Below, piece by piece: positions 38,883-52,364 of a stretch of DNA of 64,000 bases (its first letter is position 1; each line of letters starts with the position of its first letter). The DNA is from Eledone cirrhosa (lineage: Eukaryota). The stretch is from the NCBI GenBank assembly GCA_964016885.1, contig OZ024741.1, positions 43,648,001 through 43,712,000 of the forward strand. The letters run 5' to 3'. The notes below the pieces were generated by a model. That model did not search any database and was not told the DNA's origin. It saw only the letters and a list, made by a program, of their open reading frames with translations. A program made the translations under genes and the position numbers.

Positions 38883-39365
38883 TCATCATGGTTACTAACC
38901 CTTTTCGGGGTCGTTGGGACACTGCACTGTTGAACTTTGCACCAACTGCTTCCATCTCTGACAGTCATGGGGAAGTACGTGGGTTCTGGCAAATATCTTT
39001 CCTGTCCACTCAGCTATGTTATCTATCCACCGCTTCCTCTGCCTGCCTCGCTTTCTCTTCCCCTGAACTGTTCCTTGGAGGATCATCTTTGCGAATCCGT
39101 CTGATCTTGGTATATGTTCAAACCACCTCAGTTTCCTCCTCCTCACCGTTGTCAGCAGATCTTCAAAGTCGCTTACATGCTTGGTGATTCTTTTGTGGAC
39201 TTCCTCGCTCGGGATATACTCTGTGTAGGAGATTCCCAGGATTCTCCTAAAGCATCTCATCTCCGCTGCTTGGATTTTTATTTGAATCTCAGCAGTTAGG
39301 GTCAATAAATCGCATGCGTATAGAAAAGTGGACATGACCAACGCACGCAGAAGTTTTATTTTGCC
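38883..39365 (-). mobile_element. RTE-clade LINE 3' fragment
   Basis: AAEMRCFRRILGISY..RRRKLRWFEHI..GKRKRGRQRKRWIDNI. Confidence 0.88.
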
Positions 39366-40006
39366 ACAGCAGTTGCTATAATAAAACCTCTGTGGAGAGA
39401 TAAAAGGATCACTCTCAAGTACAAAATAAAACTACAAAATAAAACTACAAACTTAACGGACTTTGTCTGACACTTTAAAGGTTCTACTAATCAGATTCTT
39501 TTCCGATCCAGTGAAGCATGCTTTTTCAACAGAAATTTATGAAACCTGAATTTGGCTTATTTTATGTAATATTGCAAGTTCATGGCAGGGTTGGAAGTCT
39601 TTCCACGAAGCGATAAGTTTGTTTCTTTCCTTAGCTTCGGCCACTAACAATGGACAACACCAATGAGAGTTTGAAGCAAATATCATGATATTATGTCACC
39701 ATAAGTTGAAATCATATATAACCATGTGGTTATAACAAACGCGTCCCTGTTTCGATTTCGATTACACAATACAATATAAGAATCAAGTGCATTCTACTAT
39801 AGACTCAAGTTGACCAATATATGGAAACTTCGTAAAATCAAGCATATACACCTTTCTCCCTTTTTCTCTCTCTCTTCCCTTATACACACATATATAAACA
39901 CATACGTAGACATATGTACAAAATATATATTATACGTATATATATATATTTGTACATATATCTTTCCCATGTCTCTCTCTCTCTCTCAATATTTCAATAT
40001 ATTTAT

Positions 40007-40621
40007 ATAGAGAAATTTCGTATTTCTAAAGAAATACGGTTTTAGGAAGCTGTAGCTATGCAAACACCGTAGCTATGCAGAAGCAAGGGGCAACCGCCTA
40101 TGCATTTCAGGTTTGACTTACCTTCGTCAGGACACTCCCTCCCACCGCTTGTTACTGCTGGACTTGAAAACAGTCGAGAATATATAGTTTTCTCGTCTGC
40201 GTAAATGAGGTGATTAATCTCATTTGCATATGAAGTTGCATAATTTGACTCAAAGCTAAGCTTGAATCGAAATCTTATTTCGTTTCCTTTAAACGTTGAG
40301 CCAACTTATGCAGCTTCATTTGCAAATGAGATTAATCACCTCATTTACACAGACGAGAAAACTATATATTCTCGCCTGTTTTCAAGTCCAGCAGTAACAA
40401 GCGGTGGGAGGGACCGCTTTGACGAAGGCCAGTTAATCTTGAAATGCATAGACGGTTGTCCCCCACACTTCTGCTGGACACCACCAGAGGGCGTTAACCA
40501 CCCCACCCCCACCCCTAGGTGCTTTTAAAGAAATACGGCTTCCTAAAACCGCATTTCTTTAGAAATACGAAATGTCTATACATATAGTATAAAACTATGC
40601 TTGAAGCTAAATATTATTTCT
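40007..40621 (+). mobile_element. Asymmetric fold-back element, family D (second copy)
   Basis: 40007-~40255 is inverted relative to ~40295-40581, with a ~40-nt tail. Minus-arm HHR at 40093-40133: gtc-CTGACGA-aggt aagtcaa acct-GAAAT-gc-ATA-ggc (stem III ATGCAT). Confidence 0.85.
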
Positions 40622-41060
40622 GTTATAGATATATATCCAAAATAAAACATCCAGAGTATTCTCATTCTTATTGGAGGAACCCTTCCCTTCAATGATTCCT
40701 ATCATATGGCGCCAAGTTATGGGGCCAGATTGTCGCGCCATCTTGCTTCACCAACGTACAAACCCTGCGCTCTGTCAAATATCGTAACCTAGCATTTCGA
40801 GAAAGTGTGACCGGCAAAATAAGGACGACGGTGAAATAAGAAAAACCAGTTTAAAAAATGCATGAATACGAAAGACTAATTCACATCCCTGTCTTCTCTC
40901 AGTTGAAATATGTTCAATATTAAAAAGCTGTACTTTCTGTGGTTGACATTGTATATTGCTTTAGCATCCAGTATCACAACTAGATGTGAAGTAATACCTT
41001 GATGCGCATTTTTTGGATGACGCTGATCATAAGTTTAATGTCTACTGCAGATATATGAAA

Positions 41061-41248
41061 TAATTGTTTCTACTTTTGGCACAAGGCTAGCAATTAACCA
41101 GTGCATTACTGGTACTTTATTTTATCGACCCCGTAAGGATGAAAGGCAAAGTAAATCTCTGCTGGATTTGAACTCATAATGGCAAGGACCGTAACTCTAT
41201 GAATCAAAGCATGGCGTCCGACCCTCTACCGATACTGTCAATACACCA
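41061..41248 (-). mobile_element. tRNA-derived SINE, family 1
   Basis: Colinear with 908-1100. Confidence 0.8.
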
Positions 41249-41874
41249 TGGAGATAGTTTACCCTCTACATACATATGTGTCTCAGCGTGTATATATTAG
41301 CGACATCTTACATTGTATTGCAATAATATTCTCTAAACTCTGTCATATGATTAAATAGATAGAGTACATTTCTTTCCCATATTTTCTTTCTTTGTCAAAC
41401 CCTTAACAAAGATACTACATATGTAACCTTTGGATTTGCTGAGATAGGCTCGTTCAGGAGTTTTGCGGGAACTGAGTGCTTCGAGGAGTACATTTTCCAC
41501 TTGTTTTATTTTGATCTATAATTAGTTCTGGGAAATTAGTTATGTTAGTTGTATTTAGTGTTGTCTAGCAGACGCTGTCTAAATTAAACGTAGCCTGTAT
41601 ATGGATGTCCATAATACTCTTTCCCCATTGTCTTGTCTCAGATAGAATCTATAACTGTCACTATTTTATTAAAATTTCAAGATAATATCAGGATTATGAT
41701 AGTTGTAATATTAATAGTATGGATTTGCTATATTATCAAATCACGTAAACCAAATATTGATAGTAGTAATATTACTACAAAAGTATTGTATTGTATTTTT
41801 GTAAGGGGAAATCTATGATTTCCAATCTTAAAAGTTAAGAGTATAATATAACACATTTTCACCCACTTATTATT

Positions 41875-42270
41875 TGTAGGTTCATGGGTGTAGAGGTCTC
41901 AAACACTCCTTCCAGAAGCAACCATTTCGAACTGATTCAGTGGGATTCCCATGCGAGACCAGCCTAATTCATGGATGTTATCCAACCATCTTGCTCGGGA
42001 ACTAGTCCTGGGTCTCCTGCCGGTTGGCTTTGCTCTTAAAATCAGACCAGCAAGTCTTTCCTGAGATATTCTAACCACATGCACATAGTATCGGAGCTGT
42101 GATATCTCAATATGGAAAAGTAGAGGATCTACTTGAAGTGGCTCTCTAATTTCTGAGCTACGCACTTTATTGAATAACGTTACTCCAAACACTCATCGGG
42201 AGAACCCTATAACGGCAGCTTGTATTCGCGATCGTATTTTTTCGGTCATTACCCAAGATTCATAACCATA
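41875..42270 (-). mobile_element. RTE-like LINE 3' fragment
   Basis: YGYESWVMTEKIRSRIQAA..GVTLFNKVRSSEIR..SQLRYYVHVVR..GRRPR..RARWLDNI. Confidence 0.85.
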
Positions 42271-42379
42271 TAACTCTCTTTATTAAATTTCTCTTTGCTG
42301 ACAACACATTTATATGATACATTCCTATCAATACCTATATATTTGTTGTATATTTTTAGTAGAGAGATCGGAAAGTCAT

Positions 42380-42412
<33 letters not shown>

Positions 42413-42667
42413 CAATTCGTAAATATTACTGGAATTCTATAAGAATCCAGCTTCTATAATTGTCGGTAATTGTGTGTGGTCTTGATAAACGCTAACAAGC
42501 GAGAAACAGACTGTCGACTACTCTCCCTTTGTTTTTGCCAAAAATAAGTAAGTGACATAGTAACCACTTTAAAACTCATAGAGAATGGTCTTCAAAATGT
42601 TTTTAATTAAACATACATTATATTGCCAAATATAATATACATACATTACATATATACATATATATAC

Positions 42668-42726
<59 letters not shown>

Positions 42727-42729
<3 letters not shown>

Positions 42730-42916
42730 CGAAGGAAATGTGGTAAGGAACCAGTTGGACCCTAACGCACCAGAGTACTCAATCCTTAGGGTAGTAGAAT
42801 GGGTAATAGGAAATGTATAACCTCGACGGTAGAGCTCAAGCCGTTTCGACGGCTATTTTTAGAAATAGCCGTCGAAACGGCTTGAGCTCTGCCGTCGAGG
42901 GTTATACATTTTCCTA
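42727..42916 (-). mobile_element. Family A fold-back
   Basis: Tail, then a palindrome centred at ~42858 (ggctatttttagaaatagcc). Short arm ends at ttccTA. Confidence 0.88.
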
Positions 42917-42953
42917 TGTATATATATATATATGTAACACTTGGCTCCTGTTA

Positions 42954-43803
42954 TCTCACCCCCCAAACTTACGTCTAATCGGTACGCTATAACTTATTTT
43001 ATCCTTTTTACCTCTGTTACTCACTTGTATGTTCCATTGTCCTGTTTCCCCCAACTATCTGGTCTGTTTACCTTCTTTTTTTCTTTCTCCCTCTCTCCTC
43101 ACAACCTTTCCCGCTTTTTTTCTTACTTTTTTTCTTCTTTTTCCTTCCTTTTTCTTTTCTTATCCTCCTGGTCTTTCGGTTGAGAAAAGGACTTGGGCGA
43201 ACCACTGATCGATTTTAGATGTCCTGTATTAAGCGTCGCAACATCGTGATCTCGGTTTTACAGCTGATGAAGGATTTCTTTTCTTCTCTTGTTTCGTCCA
43301 TACTACTATCTTAAACTGTTTTTGGATTATTTGCCTTTCCCTTCTGCCTCTCATTTCCGGTTGTTCCTTCTCTCTCCCTCTCTATCCCCCTCTCTCTCTC
43401 CACTTCGATTGAGTTGATACCGTAACACTGGGCTCCTGCTATCGCACCCCTTCCCGACTTATGTCCAATCGGTATGCTATAACTTATTTTATCCTATTTT
43501 TTCTTTGGTTACTCACTTGCATGTTCCATTGCTCTGTGTCCCCCCACTATCTGGTCTGTTTACCTGTTTTTTCTCTTTCCCCTCTCCTCACTACCTCTAC
43601 CCGTTTTTCTTCCCTTTTTCTTCTTTTTCTTTCCTTTTTCTTTTCTTTCCATCCTGGCCTTTTGGTTGAGAAAATGCCTTGGGCAAATCACTGATCCATT
43701 TTAGATGTCCTGTTTTAAGAGCGGAAACATCTTGATCTCGGTTTTACAGCTAATGAAGGATTTCTTTTCTTCTCTTTTTTCGTCCATACCAACATCTTAA
43801 ACT
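42954..43803. repeat. Two diverged tandem units (~470-480-bp period) between microsatellites
   Basis: gtaacact(t/g)ggctcctg at 42954 and 43422. Both units run to catac(t/c)a..atcttaaact. Confidence 0.8.
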
Positions 43804-43868
<65 letters not shown>

Positions 43869-44400
43869 AAAAACTATGACCCCGACGGCAGAGCTCAAGC
43901 CGTTTCGACAGCTATTTCTGGACTGTATATATATATATAATTTAACAAAACTAGCAGTTTACAATCCGTGTAGCTCCGATTACTATTTATTCAATTAATG
44001 AATTTACAAAAATGGTATGCTATAAGTAGGAATTTGCAAACCAGAGTGAACACTATTCGTTAATAAGTAAAGAAGCGGCTTGGTGGGGGTACAATTTAGA
44101 GACCCGAACTGTACAATTTCCTTGTCACGCCCGGTGCGCAATGTTGTTTAAGCAAGAGTTATTGGCATAATGTTTCATCAGTGATTGTTCAGTCTTATTC
44201 CAAACGGGACAGTTTTATCTTAGAGACTGCCAGAGTCGAACTGCTACATCATATTGATGGTGATAGCAGTTATATATTGTGACAGCATGACGTGACTTCT
44301 AAAGAGGAGGGCAGTTGAAATCAACCGTTACAATGAAACACACGTTTGGCGGTCAAATTCAAACAACTGAATAAGCGCCGGAGCTAACTGCAAAGATAGA

Positions 44401-44440
<40 letters not shown>

Positions 44441-45537
44441 TAATTTTCCATTCAACTAGTAAACGTGAACATTTAAAAAAAATAGTTATTACTATAGCCC
44501 AAAAGTAGAAAAACGTATGGCGGTTATGATCACTGCCATTTCTTTTATACAAATCTAGTGGGTGTGTTTCCAAAAGTCTATAAAATCATGAAATATGCAT
44601 AAAAGAAATGACAGTGAATGTATTATAGATATAAAGAGAAACAAATACAGACAGTTTCTTTGATATATATTCGTTTTGAATAAATTCAAACATTCGCGTG
44701 AATATTTGTGCTTTTAGTTTCAAGTGTGAGAATGGTTGACTAATTCTTTGTATGCATTCCAATGACAATAAATTATGCAGGAGCTAATTTGCTAAACAGA
44801 GTGAGTTCAATAGCTACGAGTGAGGAATAGTTTCATCTGACTCTTTGCTTTATAATTTAAAAAAATATTATAGCAAGTTTTCTAAGTGTTTGCTTTCTTC
44901 CGACATTACAGCTTTATTCATTCAATCGTGTTCAGAATATCGTTAAACTATTTACTTTCTATCATTGCTCACAACGCTATTAAACTGAACCTATATAAAT
45001 AACATATAAAGTTTTGGCTTCATAAGGCTATTAAACTGAACCTATATAAATAACATATAAAGTTTTGGCTTCATAAGGCCCAGTATTGATATACATCATT
45101 CGGTTTGCAAAAATTAATCTGGAAGTTATTTTCTAATGAAAAAAACTATTATCACCGAATCGCATTAAGATATTTAATCGCGTAAGTATTCCTGTGTACA
45201 CATACACAGAGAGTACGATACACACACACACATACATACACATACGCACACACATGTATATATGTAGTCATTTGCTCACCATACAGAGAGATGGCGAGGA
45301 CGAGACAAATGGAGGCGATGACAGTGGGAGTTCGGCTCGTATTGACCAAGATTTGGTAGCAATACTAGGTGGCTGCTCTACCAACAATTACTGCAGTCTT
45401 CCGCTCACTCTCTCTATATTTCTTATTTTCTCTCCCCCATTTCTTCCTTTGTCATCTACTGCTACACAACACTGAGTATTTAGGATAACATTACACACAC
45501 ACACACACACACATATATATATTTATATATATATATA

Positions 45538-45591
<54 letters not shown>

Positions 45592-45592
<1 letters not shown>

Positions 45593-45813
45593 TTATTAAA
45601 CTAACAGATTAAAGTTTAAGCAAAGAATCGCTTCTTTCACCCTTAACGGGATCTTCTGAAAGATCCCGTTAAGGGTGAAAGCAGCGAATTTTTGCTTAAA
45701 ATTTAATCTGGTATTTTAATAAATATTTGCTCTACGGTTCTTATATATTTGATATATATTTATCCTTATCGAGCCCTCTTTGGATTTTAGTCTTCAAATT
45801 TATTATTATTACT
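45592..45813 (+). mobile_element. Asymmetric fold-back element, family C
   Basis: Palindrome 45592-45723 centred on gatcttctgaaagatc, then a ~90-nt tail. HHR-like ctgaa(a)ga-tcccgttaagggt-gaaa at the apex. Second copy at 62619-62840. Confidence 0.82.
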
Positions 45814-45953
45814 ATATATATATATATATATATACCCCCCCCCCCCCACTCTCAAACGTGAAATTAATATTAACATTTTGTACTGCCTCTTCGCTTCCAC
45901 GTTGTTGTTTTCTTTACTGTTTCAGCTATAAGATATATATATATATATATATA

Positions 45954-46215
45954 TAACGAAGGAAGAGTGGTAAGGAACCAGAAGGACCATAACGCTCCAA
46001 AGTACTCAATACTTAGGGTAGTAGAGGGGGTAATAGGAACATATTTGACCCCGACGGCAGAGCTCAAGCCATTTCGACGGCTATTTCAGAAATAGCCGTC
46101 GAAACGGCTTGAGCTCTGCTGTCGGACATTTTCCTATTACCCACTCTACTACCCAAAGTATTGGTACTCTTGTGCGTTATGGTCCACCTGGTTCCTTACT
46201 ACACTGCCTTCGTTA
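45954..46215. mobile_element. Family A fold-back with both arms extending to the tail end
   Basis: taacgaagg...ccttcgtta, with the apex at ~46088. Confidence 0.88.
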
Positions 46216-46699
46216 TATATATATAGGACTAGAGGGAAATCATCAGCAAAGCCGACTGGCATTGTAGTAATTTTTCTGTTGGTAGGGGAAGTTGGTGCTT
46301 GGGATGGGTGGAGACCATTGGCCGAGGGAATTTAAGAAAAAACTATATTTAGAGAAATATTCATAGTAATACAAAGGCAAATGTAAAAGGCATTTATGTT
46401 AAGTACCTATAGACAAACACATACATACTGACAGATGCTCCTCTGTTCAGAATTCATTTAACAAATGGATTTCATTGAGTGGCGATGCCAACTTGCGATG
46501 TAATCTAAAACCTCTAGCCTGTCACTTTGAAGTTGGCGATTAGCAATGCTACATACCATTGGTCATTAGCTTTTCACTTTGTGCGTTTTATTTTACCAAT
46601 TATTTTCGGCCATTTAGACTGGTCATATTCAGACAATGGAGTAAGGAGTGGAGCTACTTGGTCTTTTCAAAACAATAATACAGATATGAGCTGACAAGT

Positions 46700-47230
46700 T
46701 AATCATTCATATTGGTGGCCTCCCCACAGCCTCGGCGGACAGAATAGAGAAGGCGTTTCCGCGGAGGACGGCAAGGGAGACGCGCTGGAAAAGCTATCTA
46801 TTCCAACTCGTGGGCCTCACTCCTGCGGCTGGCCAGTTCCGCGCCTATGGTGGTTAGTAGGGGGGGTAGCACTAGGTCTGAGGACACCAGAAGTCTCCAT
46901 TGCCACGGTTACAACCACAAACCTGTCGGAGAGCGACCGGTAATTGAAGAACTTAGCCTCCTCGGCTCGAGGTGCAGCAGAAGCTGCGTTAGTCACCGAC
47001 TGCACCAGGCTGCGGCTGCAGAAGGTGTCGGTGCAAATGGCATCCCAGACGAGGGTTTTGTCACCGCGGAACGGGAAGATGGTCATGCCATCTTGCCTTT
47101 TGCTGTCTCCTCGGTCCAGCCCCACCGGCTCGAGCTGGGAAGGGAAACCTGCATGCTTTATGACCTCGTTGAGGGCAGCATGGCGTGGAAGGCGGCCGGA
47201 AAGCGGGTGGCGACGCTCTTCTGAAGAATT
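46700..47230 (-). mobile_element. CRE-like (RLE) non-LTR retrotransposon 3' fragment
   Basis: RHAALNEVI..LEPVGL..KRQDGMTIFPF..LVWDAIC..AEEAK..Y..VAMETSG, a restriction-like endonuclease signature. Confidence 0.82.
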
Positions 47231-47509
47231 TATGGTATTAAAGGATGGTGAGGTCTGCAGTAATAGCCAGGCGTACACACATGCCTCTGACTCTACACAG
47301 ATATACAACCAGTTGAAATACAACATCCCACTTATATTTAAGTGGACAAAGAAAATTGTTGTTATCAATTGGTCAGGTATTTATAAATATACTCGCATAC
47401 AAGCCAGTTCTATATTAAACATTTATACTCTGCTGTGTATTGTATTGCGTACCTTAATTACTATGGTTACCCCCGATTGAACCCGAGATGCAAACATATA
47501 TATATATAT

Positions 47510-47938
47510 AGTGGTAGAACACTGGAAGGTAATATCCGTAGTGGTAGAGCACTCAGTCCAAGGGACGAGTTAGGTAGAAGTGGTTACACAACAGTTAGTT
47601 CACCATACCGAGAACAATTGTTTCACCTTCACGGATTCTAAGCTCGTAATGGGCATGGTTATACGGAACAGGAAGGACAACAGTACGAACGCGCATGCGC
47701 AGAAACCGGTCACTTCACACAGGCAATACTAAAATGCGTGCGAAAGTCCAAAAAAGTTTTTAGTTGATAAGAAAATGATGATGTTGTTACCCGTGTGAAG
47801 TGACCAGTTTCTGCGCATGCGCGTTCGTACAGTTGTCCTTCCTGTTCCGTATAACCATGCCCATTACGAGCTGAGGATCCGCTAAGGTGAAACAATTGTT
47901 CTCGGTATGGTGAACTAACTGTTCTGTAACCACTTCTA
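47510..47938 (-). mobile_element. Family B fold-back (second copy), intact HHR at 47867-47904 on the plus strand
   Basis: 47576-~47725 is inverted relative to ~47787-47938, with a ~66-nt tail. HHR cgag-CTGAGGA-tccgctaaggt-GAAAC-aatt-GTT-ctcg. Confidence 0.88.
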
Positions 47939-47963
47939 TATATATATATATATATATATATTC

Positions 47964-48079
<116 letters not shown>

Positions 48080-48707
48080 AAGTGAGAAATTGTGTTACAC
48101 TTCGTTCATTTCATACTGAGTAATCTACTCGATGTTACCTTGGCATATCTCCTTTATATCTTTCATATAGAAAACGTTATAGTCAACGCATTGGTAATCT
48201 ATCACTTTCATATTTCATTCAATCATGCTGTGTTATAAGAAGGGACTGGGGTTTATCATCATGCCTTGCAGGTTGGAGAGAAATTTACAACTAATGAGGT
48301 ATTGGCGAACATGTTCTCTTTGGTATCGGACTGCCTCACATAATATTTAGATTTCATGCTTTGAACTCACCAATTCCCCATCAAGAATGCGGTGTAGGCG
48401 ATTTCCGTATTTTCAGTTGTTTTCACAACTGATTTAATTTATGTTTGTATATTTTTATTATCTTAAATGGTGTAACGGAGGTTGATATTTGCAAGTTATT
48501 TTAATTTTACAAATACAGCAAGTATTACATAGTTGGTGTTATATAGGTAGACATTGAAAGTCTGATTTACCATCCAATAGTTGTGGCATTTTAATACAGT
48601 AAATGTGATGTTAATAGTCAGAAAGTACCTATTTAAATACATAAGATAAACAGATGTACAAAAAAAAAAGAGTACACCCAATCTTATAAAAATACACACA
48701 CATGGAC

Positions 48708-48776
<69 letters not shown>

Positions 48777-49174
48777 GTATATTGTTACTTGTGTGCATTT
48801 GTGTGTATATATATTTTGTTGCTGTATGTGACAAAAAGAAGAAAATGGAAAACGAAAATAGAACAAAAAAAAAAAAACAATAAAAAATATATGTAAAACA
48901 TTGAAAAGGCAAACGTGAAATTATTCAATTTATGCTGAAGTAGGATAATAGATGCTAAATGTACTGTAATATATAATATATATTTTATTAATTTGTAAAA
49001 AAAACCCTCAGAAAATCTGTCGCTTCAGCATAATTTTAAGACATGATAATAAAAAAGCGAAAAAAAATTGCATGCGAATGTGAATATCTATTTGTCTATA
49101 TATTCAGCTCCCTCTCCATATATTAATACATATATATATGAGACTATGAGTCTTCGTTATATAATACTTACACG

Positions 49175-49239
<65 letters not shown>

Positions 49240-49361
49240 ATGCGTGTGGGCTTTGGTGTATTACTGGCTATAAATACATTACGTTAAATCACTGAATATA
49301 TATAATAATTAAAATTAAAAAAACACACGCCAACATACATGCAGACACACTTATGTCTCAC

Positions 49362-49420
<59 letters not shown>

Positions 49421-49422
<2 letters not shown>

Positions 49423-49623
49423 ACGAACGAAATGTGTTAAGGAACCAGGTGGACCATAACGCACCAAAGTACTCAATACTTAGGGTAGTAGAGTGGGTAA
49501 TAGGAACGAGTAGGACCCCGACGGCTGAGCTCAAGCCGTTTCGACGACTAATTCTGGACTACATTTTAGTCCAGAATTAGCCGTCGAAACGGCTTGAGCT
49601 AAGCCGTCGGGGTCCTACTCGTT

Positions 49624-49627
<4 letters not shown>
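49421..49627 (-). mobile_element. Family A fold-back
   Basis: Tail plus palindrome with apex at ~49563. Short arm ends at ttccTA. Confidence 0.88.
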
Positions 49628-49685
<58 letters not shown>

Positions 49686-49996
49686 TCTGGACTAAATGTC
49701 GGTTACATTGCATAGTTTTTTTTTACTGATGGGTGTTATACTTTCTTTTTTGCAATCATCTCTCGCCATATTCTCATATACTACTTCATAGTTATCTCAA
49801 TTCATATTTTTTCTCCCGTTTTATATTCTAGTATTACAAATATATTAACGTTATGATTGATTATGAACCTAATAATCTTAACATCATTATGTATTGCTAA
49901 TATTATGATTATATTATTATGACAAGAATCACGATTTTTATTAATATGAACCTTATTTTAAGGGACTTGTATATATTGGTATAGTCGACAGAGCGT

Positions 49997-50320
49997 GAGG
50001 CGCATGGCTGTGTGGTTAGGGTATACGGCTCACAATCGTAATGTCATGAGTTCCATTCCAGGCAGTGCGATTTTTCCAGGAGCAAGAGATTTTATTTTCC
50101 ATTCTTCCATTCCACTCAGCTGGTAAAAATGAGATGCATATGTAATTCGAAGGGTTAGACTTGTCACATTCTGTGTCACGCTGAATCTCCCTGAGAACCA
50201 CGTTAAGGGTATGCGTTACTGCGGAATTCTCAGCTATTTGCGCGCTAATTTCACGAGCAGGCTGTGCTGTTGATCGCATCAAATAGAACACTCGTTGTTA
50301 TATCCGACGGAGTGCTAGTG
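49997..50320 (+). mobile_element. tRNA-derived SINE, family 2
   Basis: ggcgcatggctgtgtggttaggg (A box) ... gagttccattcc (B box), followed by a ~250-bp body. Confidence 0.7.
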
Positions 50321-50898
50321 AATGACATTCGACAAAGCATCAAATACAAATGTTTCGCAGCTCATTACGTCCTGAGATCAAATCCTATTGGTATCAACAT
50401 TGGCTTCATCCTTCCGGAGTTGATAAAATAAATTTCATTCAATTACTGTGCTCAATATGATCACATTTCCCTTACCACAGTTCCCTACACCTTTTCGTTA
50501 TGTTCAACTCTATAGGAAATCATGGACTAGAATAGAGTTATCAGAGAATAGCGACGCCTATATATTTTCAAATTCAGAAAAGTCTTTTGAGAAAAGAAAC
50601 CTAGTAAAAACCAATGGTAATTAAACCAACATTCAAAATTATAGTCACACCGAGATACAGTTTGTGAAGCGCAAAAGAACACAAACATGGAGAAAACGCA
50701 AATAGAAATGTTAAAAATAAACGTTCCACCAAAAAGAAAAGAGAAAGCCATATTTTGCATTCGTTGTGAGTCAAAACGTGATACTAGTTAATTGTCAATT
50801 CCAAAACAATTCATGGCTAATTAGATCTGCGAAACACGATGTTATCATTCAGGCTCTAACACATCTGACAATTCAATAGCTTCCGAAGTGTAACAGCA

Positions 50899-51746
50899 AT
50901 GAACCCATAGGCTATTCCATTTCAGTCAACAACTTCCTAGCGAAACAGATCTCTTTGGATTTGTATGCGTGTGTTATATAGTTATAAAGTGCGTATATAT
51001 ATTTTAATTTATATGTTTAATTATTGTGTGTCTACTCTGCCTTCCACAGATTATAGATTCCATACACTGGTGGTTTTCCGTGTTTTATTGATGGCAGACT
51101 ATCTGTCTCTAGTGTGTTATCTTTTAAAGAGCTCACGATTCCTTTTCCTTTGAGCACATTATTGACAGGGAATAATAGAGTCTATGACTCCGTTAATTTA
51201 TCGTGATATTTCGCTCCTTATAACAGTCTTTCCTCTTTCTCTGTTTGGTTGAGCACTCTTCTTTGAGTGGTTTTTGGGCTGCCCTTTCTAGCAGCTCGTC
51301 CCTCAGATACCACTGGTTCACTACCCTAAACACGCTGTGACATCTCTCTCCCGCGTGTAGCTGGACGGTCGCTTTAGATTAACTTAGAGTTGTCTGGAAT
51401 ATATAGTTTTGCACGCGCTGATGACCCATAGGCTATTCCATTTCAGTCAACAACTTCCTGGCGAAACAGATCTCTTTGGATTTGTACGCGTGTATTACAT
51501 AATTATAGAGGTGCGTATATATATTTTAATTTATATTTTTAATTATTGTGTGTCAACTCTGCCTTCCATAGATTATACATTCCATACACTGGTGGTTTTC
51601 CGTGTTTTATTGATGGCACACTATCTCTCTTTAGTGTGTTATCTTTTCAACATATTGTATTTGAAAGAGCTCAGGATTCCTTTTCCTTTCAGCACATTAT
51701 TGACAGGGAATAACGAGAGTCTATGGCTCCGTTAATTTATCGTGAT
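50899..51746 (+). mobile_element. Partial tandem pLTR/retrozyme-like repeat (~520-bp period), family F
   Basis: acccataggctattccatttcag...ttaatttatcgtgatat occurs at 50903-51209 and 51424-51748. Confidence 0.85.
51410..51494 (+). ncRNA. Canonical type I hammerhead with full stem III
   Basis: tgcacgcg-CTGATGA-ccca...tggc-GAAACagatct cttt ggatttGTA-cgcgtgta, with predicted cleavage after 51486. Confidence 0.9.
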
Positions 51747-51883
51747 ATATATATATATATATATATATGTAGATCTGACTGATCAGCCAGTCTGCTAATA
51801 TGCTAATCAGGCCGATCAGTCACTGTATATTTTAGAAAATAGCATATATTTTCACTAGCTCTGACAGTTGGCAGGTGAACAGT

Positions 51884-51933
51884 GAGCTGTACTGATGAAG
51901 GGTGATACTCAGAAACACTAGTGTCTGCAGTTC
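51884..51933 (+). ncRNA. Type I hammerhead in a short (TA)-flanked element (~51770-51990)
   Basis: gagctgta-CTGATGA-aggg tgata ctca-GAAAC-actagt-GTC-tgcagttc, with palindromic stem III ACACTAGTGT. Confidence 0.88.
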
Positions 51934-52128
51934 TGTTTAGCTGCCAACACAGGAGCAAGAATGAAGGGTTCATTCTACTGACATGGCTATATCACTGAGG
52001 CTTGTTTTGCATAATTGCGAACGAATCGAAAAAAAAAAAATATATATAAGTATGTAAGTATGTACACGTACATACATATATGTATACATACGTACAGTAG
52101 TATGTATATATATATATATACATACATG

Positions 52129-52195
<67 letters not shown>

Positions 52196-52307
52196 GTATG
52201 GAGTCACCGAACATTTATTATAATGCTTGGTGTGTTTGTAAACACACATCCCGTATTAAGCCGTAGTGTCTAGCAACCATCGTTGCTCGTTTGTTCACCA
52301 CTGACAA

Positions 52308-52364
52308 AGGAACGCTGTACTAGTTTCAAGCTTATTAGCTATCGTCAGCAACGTATACCTTCCT
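52308..52364 (-). ncRNA. Minimal type I hammerhead (array monomer), intact
   Basis: aggaa ggtata cgttg-CTGACGA-tagct aata agctt-GAAAC-ta-GTA-cagcg ttcct. Confidence 0.9.

Noticed and set aside
44977-45079. ~51-bp tandem duplication
   Set aside because: Simple local duplication with no structure or family link.
45650-45700. Calling a complete hammerhead in family C
   Set aside because: The 5' strand of stem I is lost at the apex and stem III/NUH could not be assigned, so it is reported only as HHR-like.
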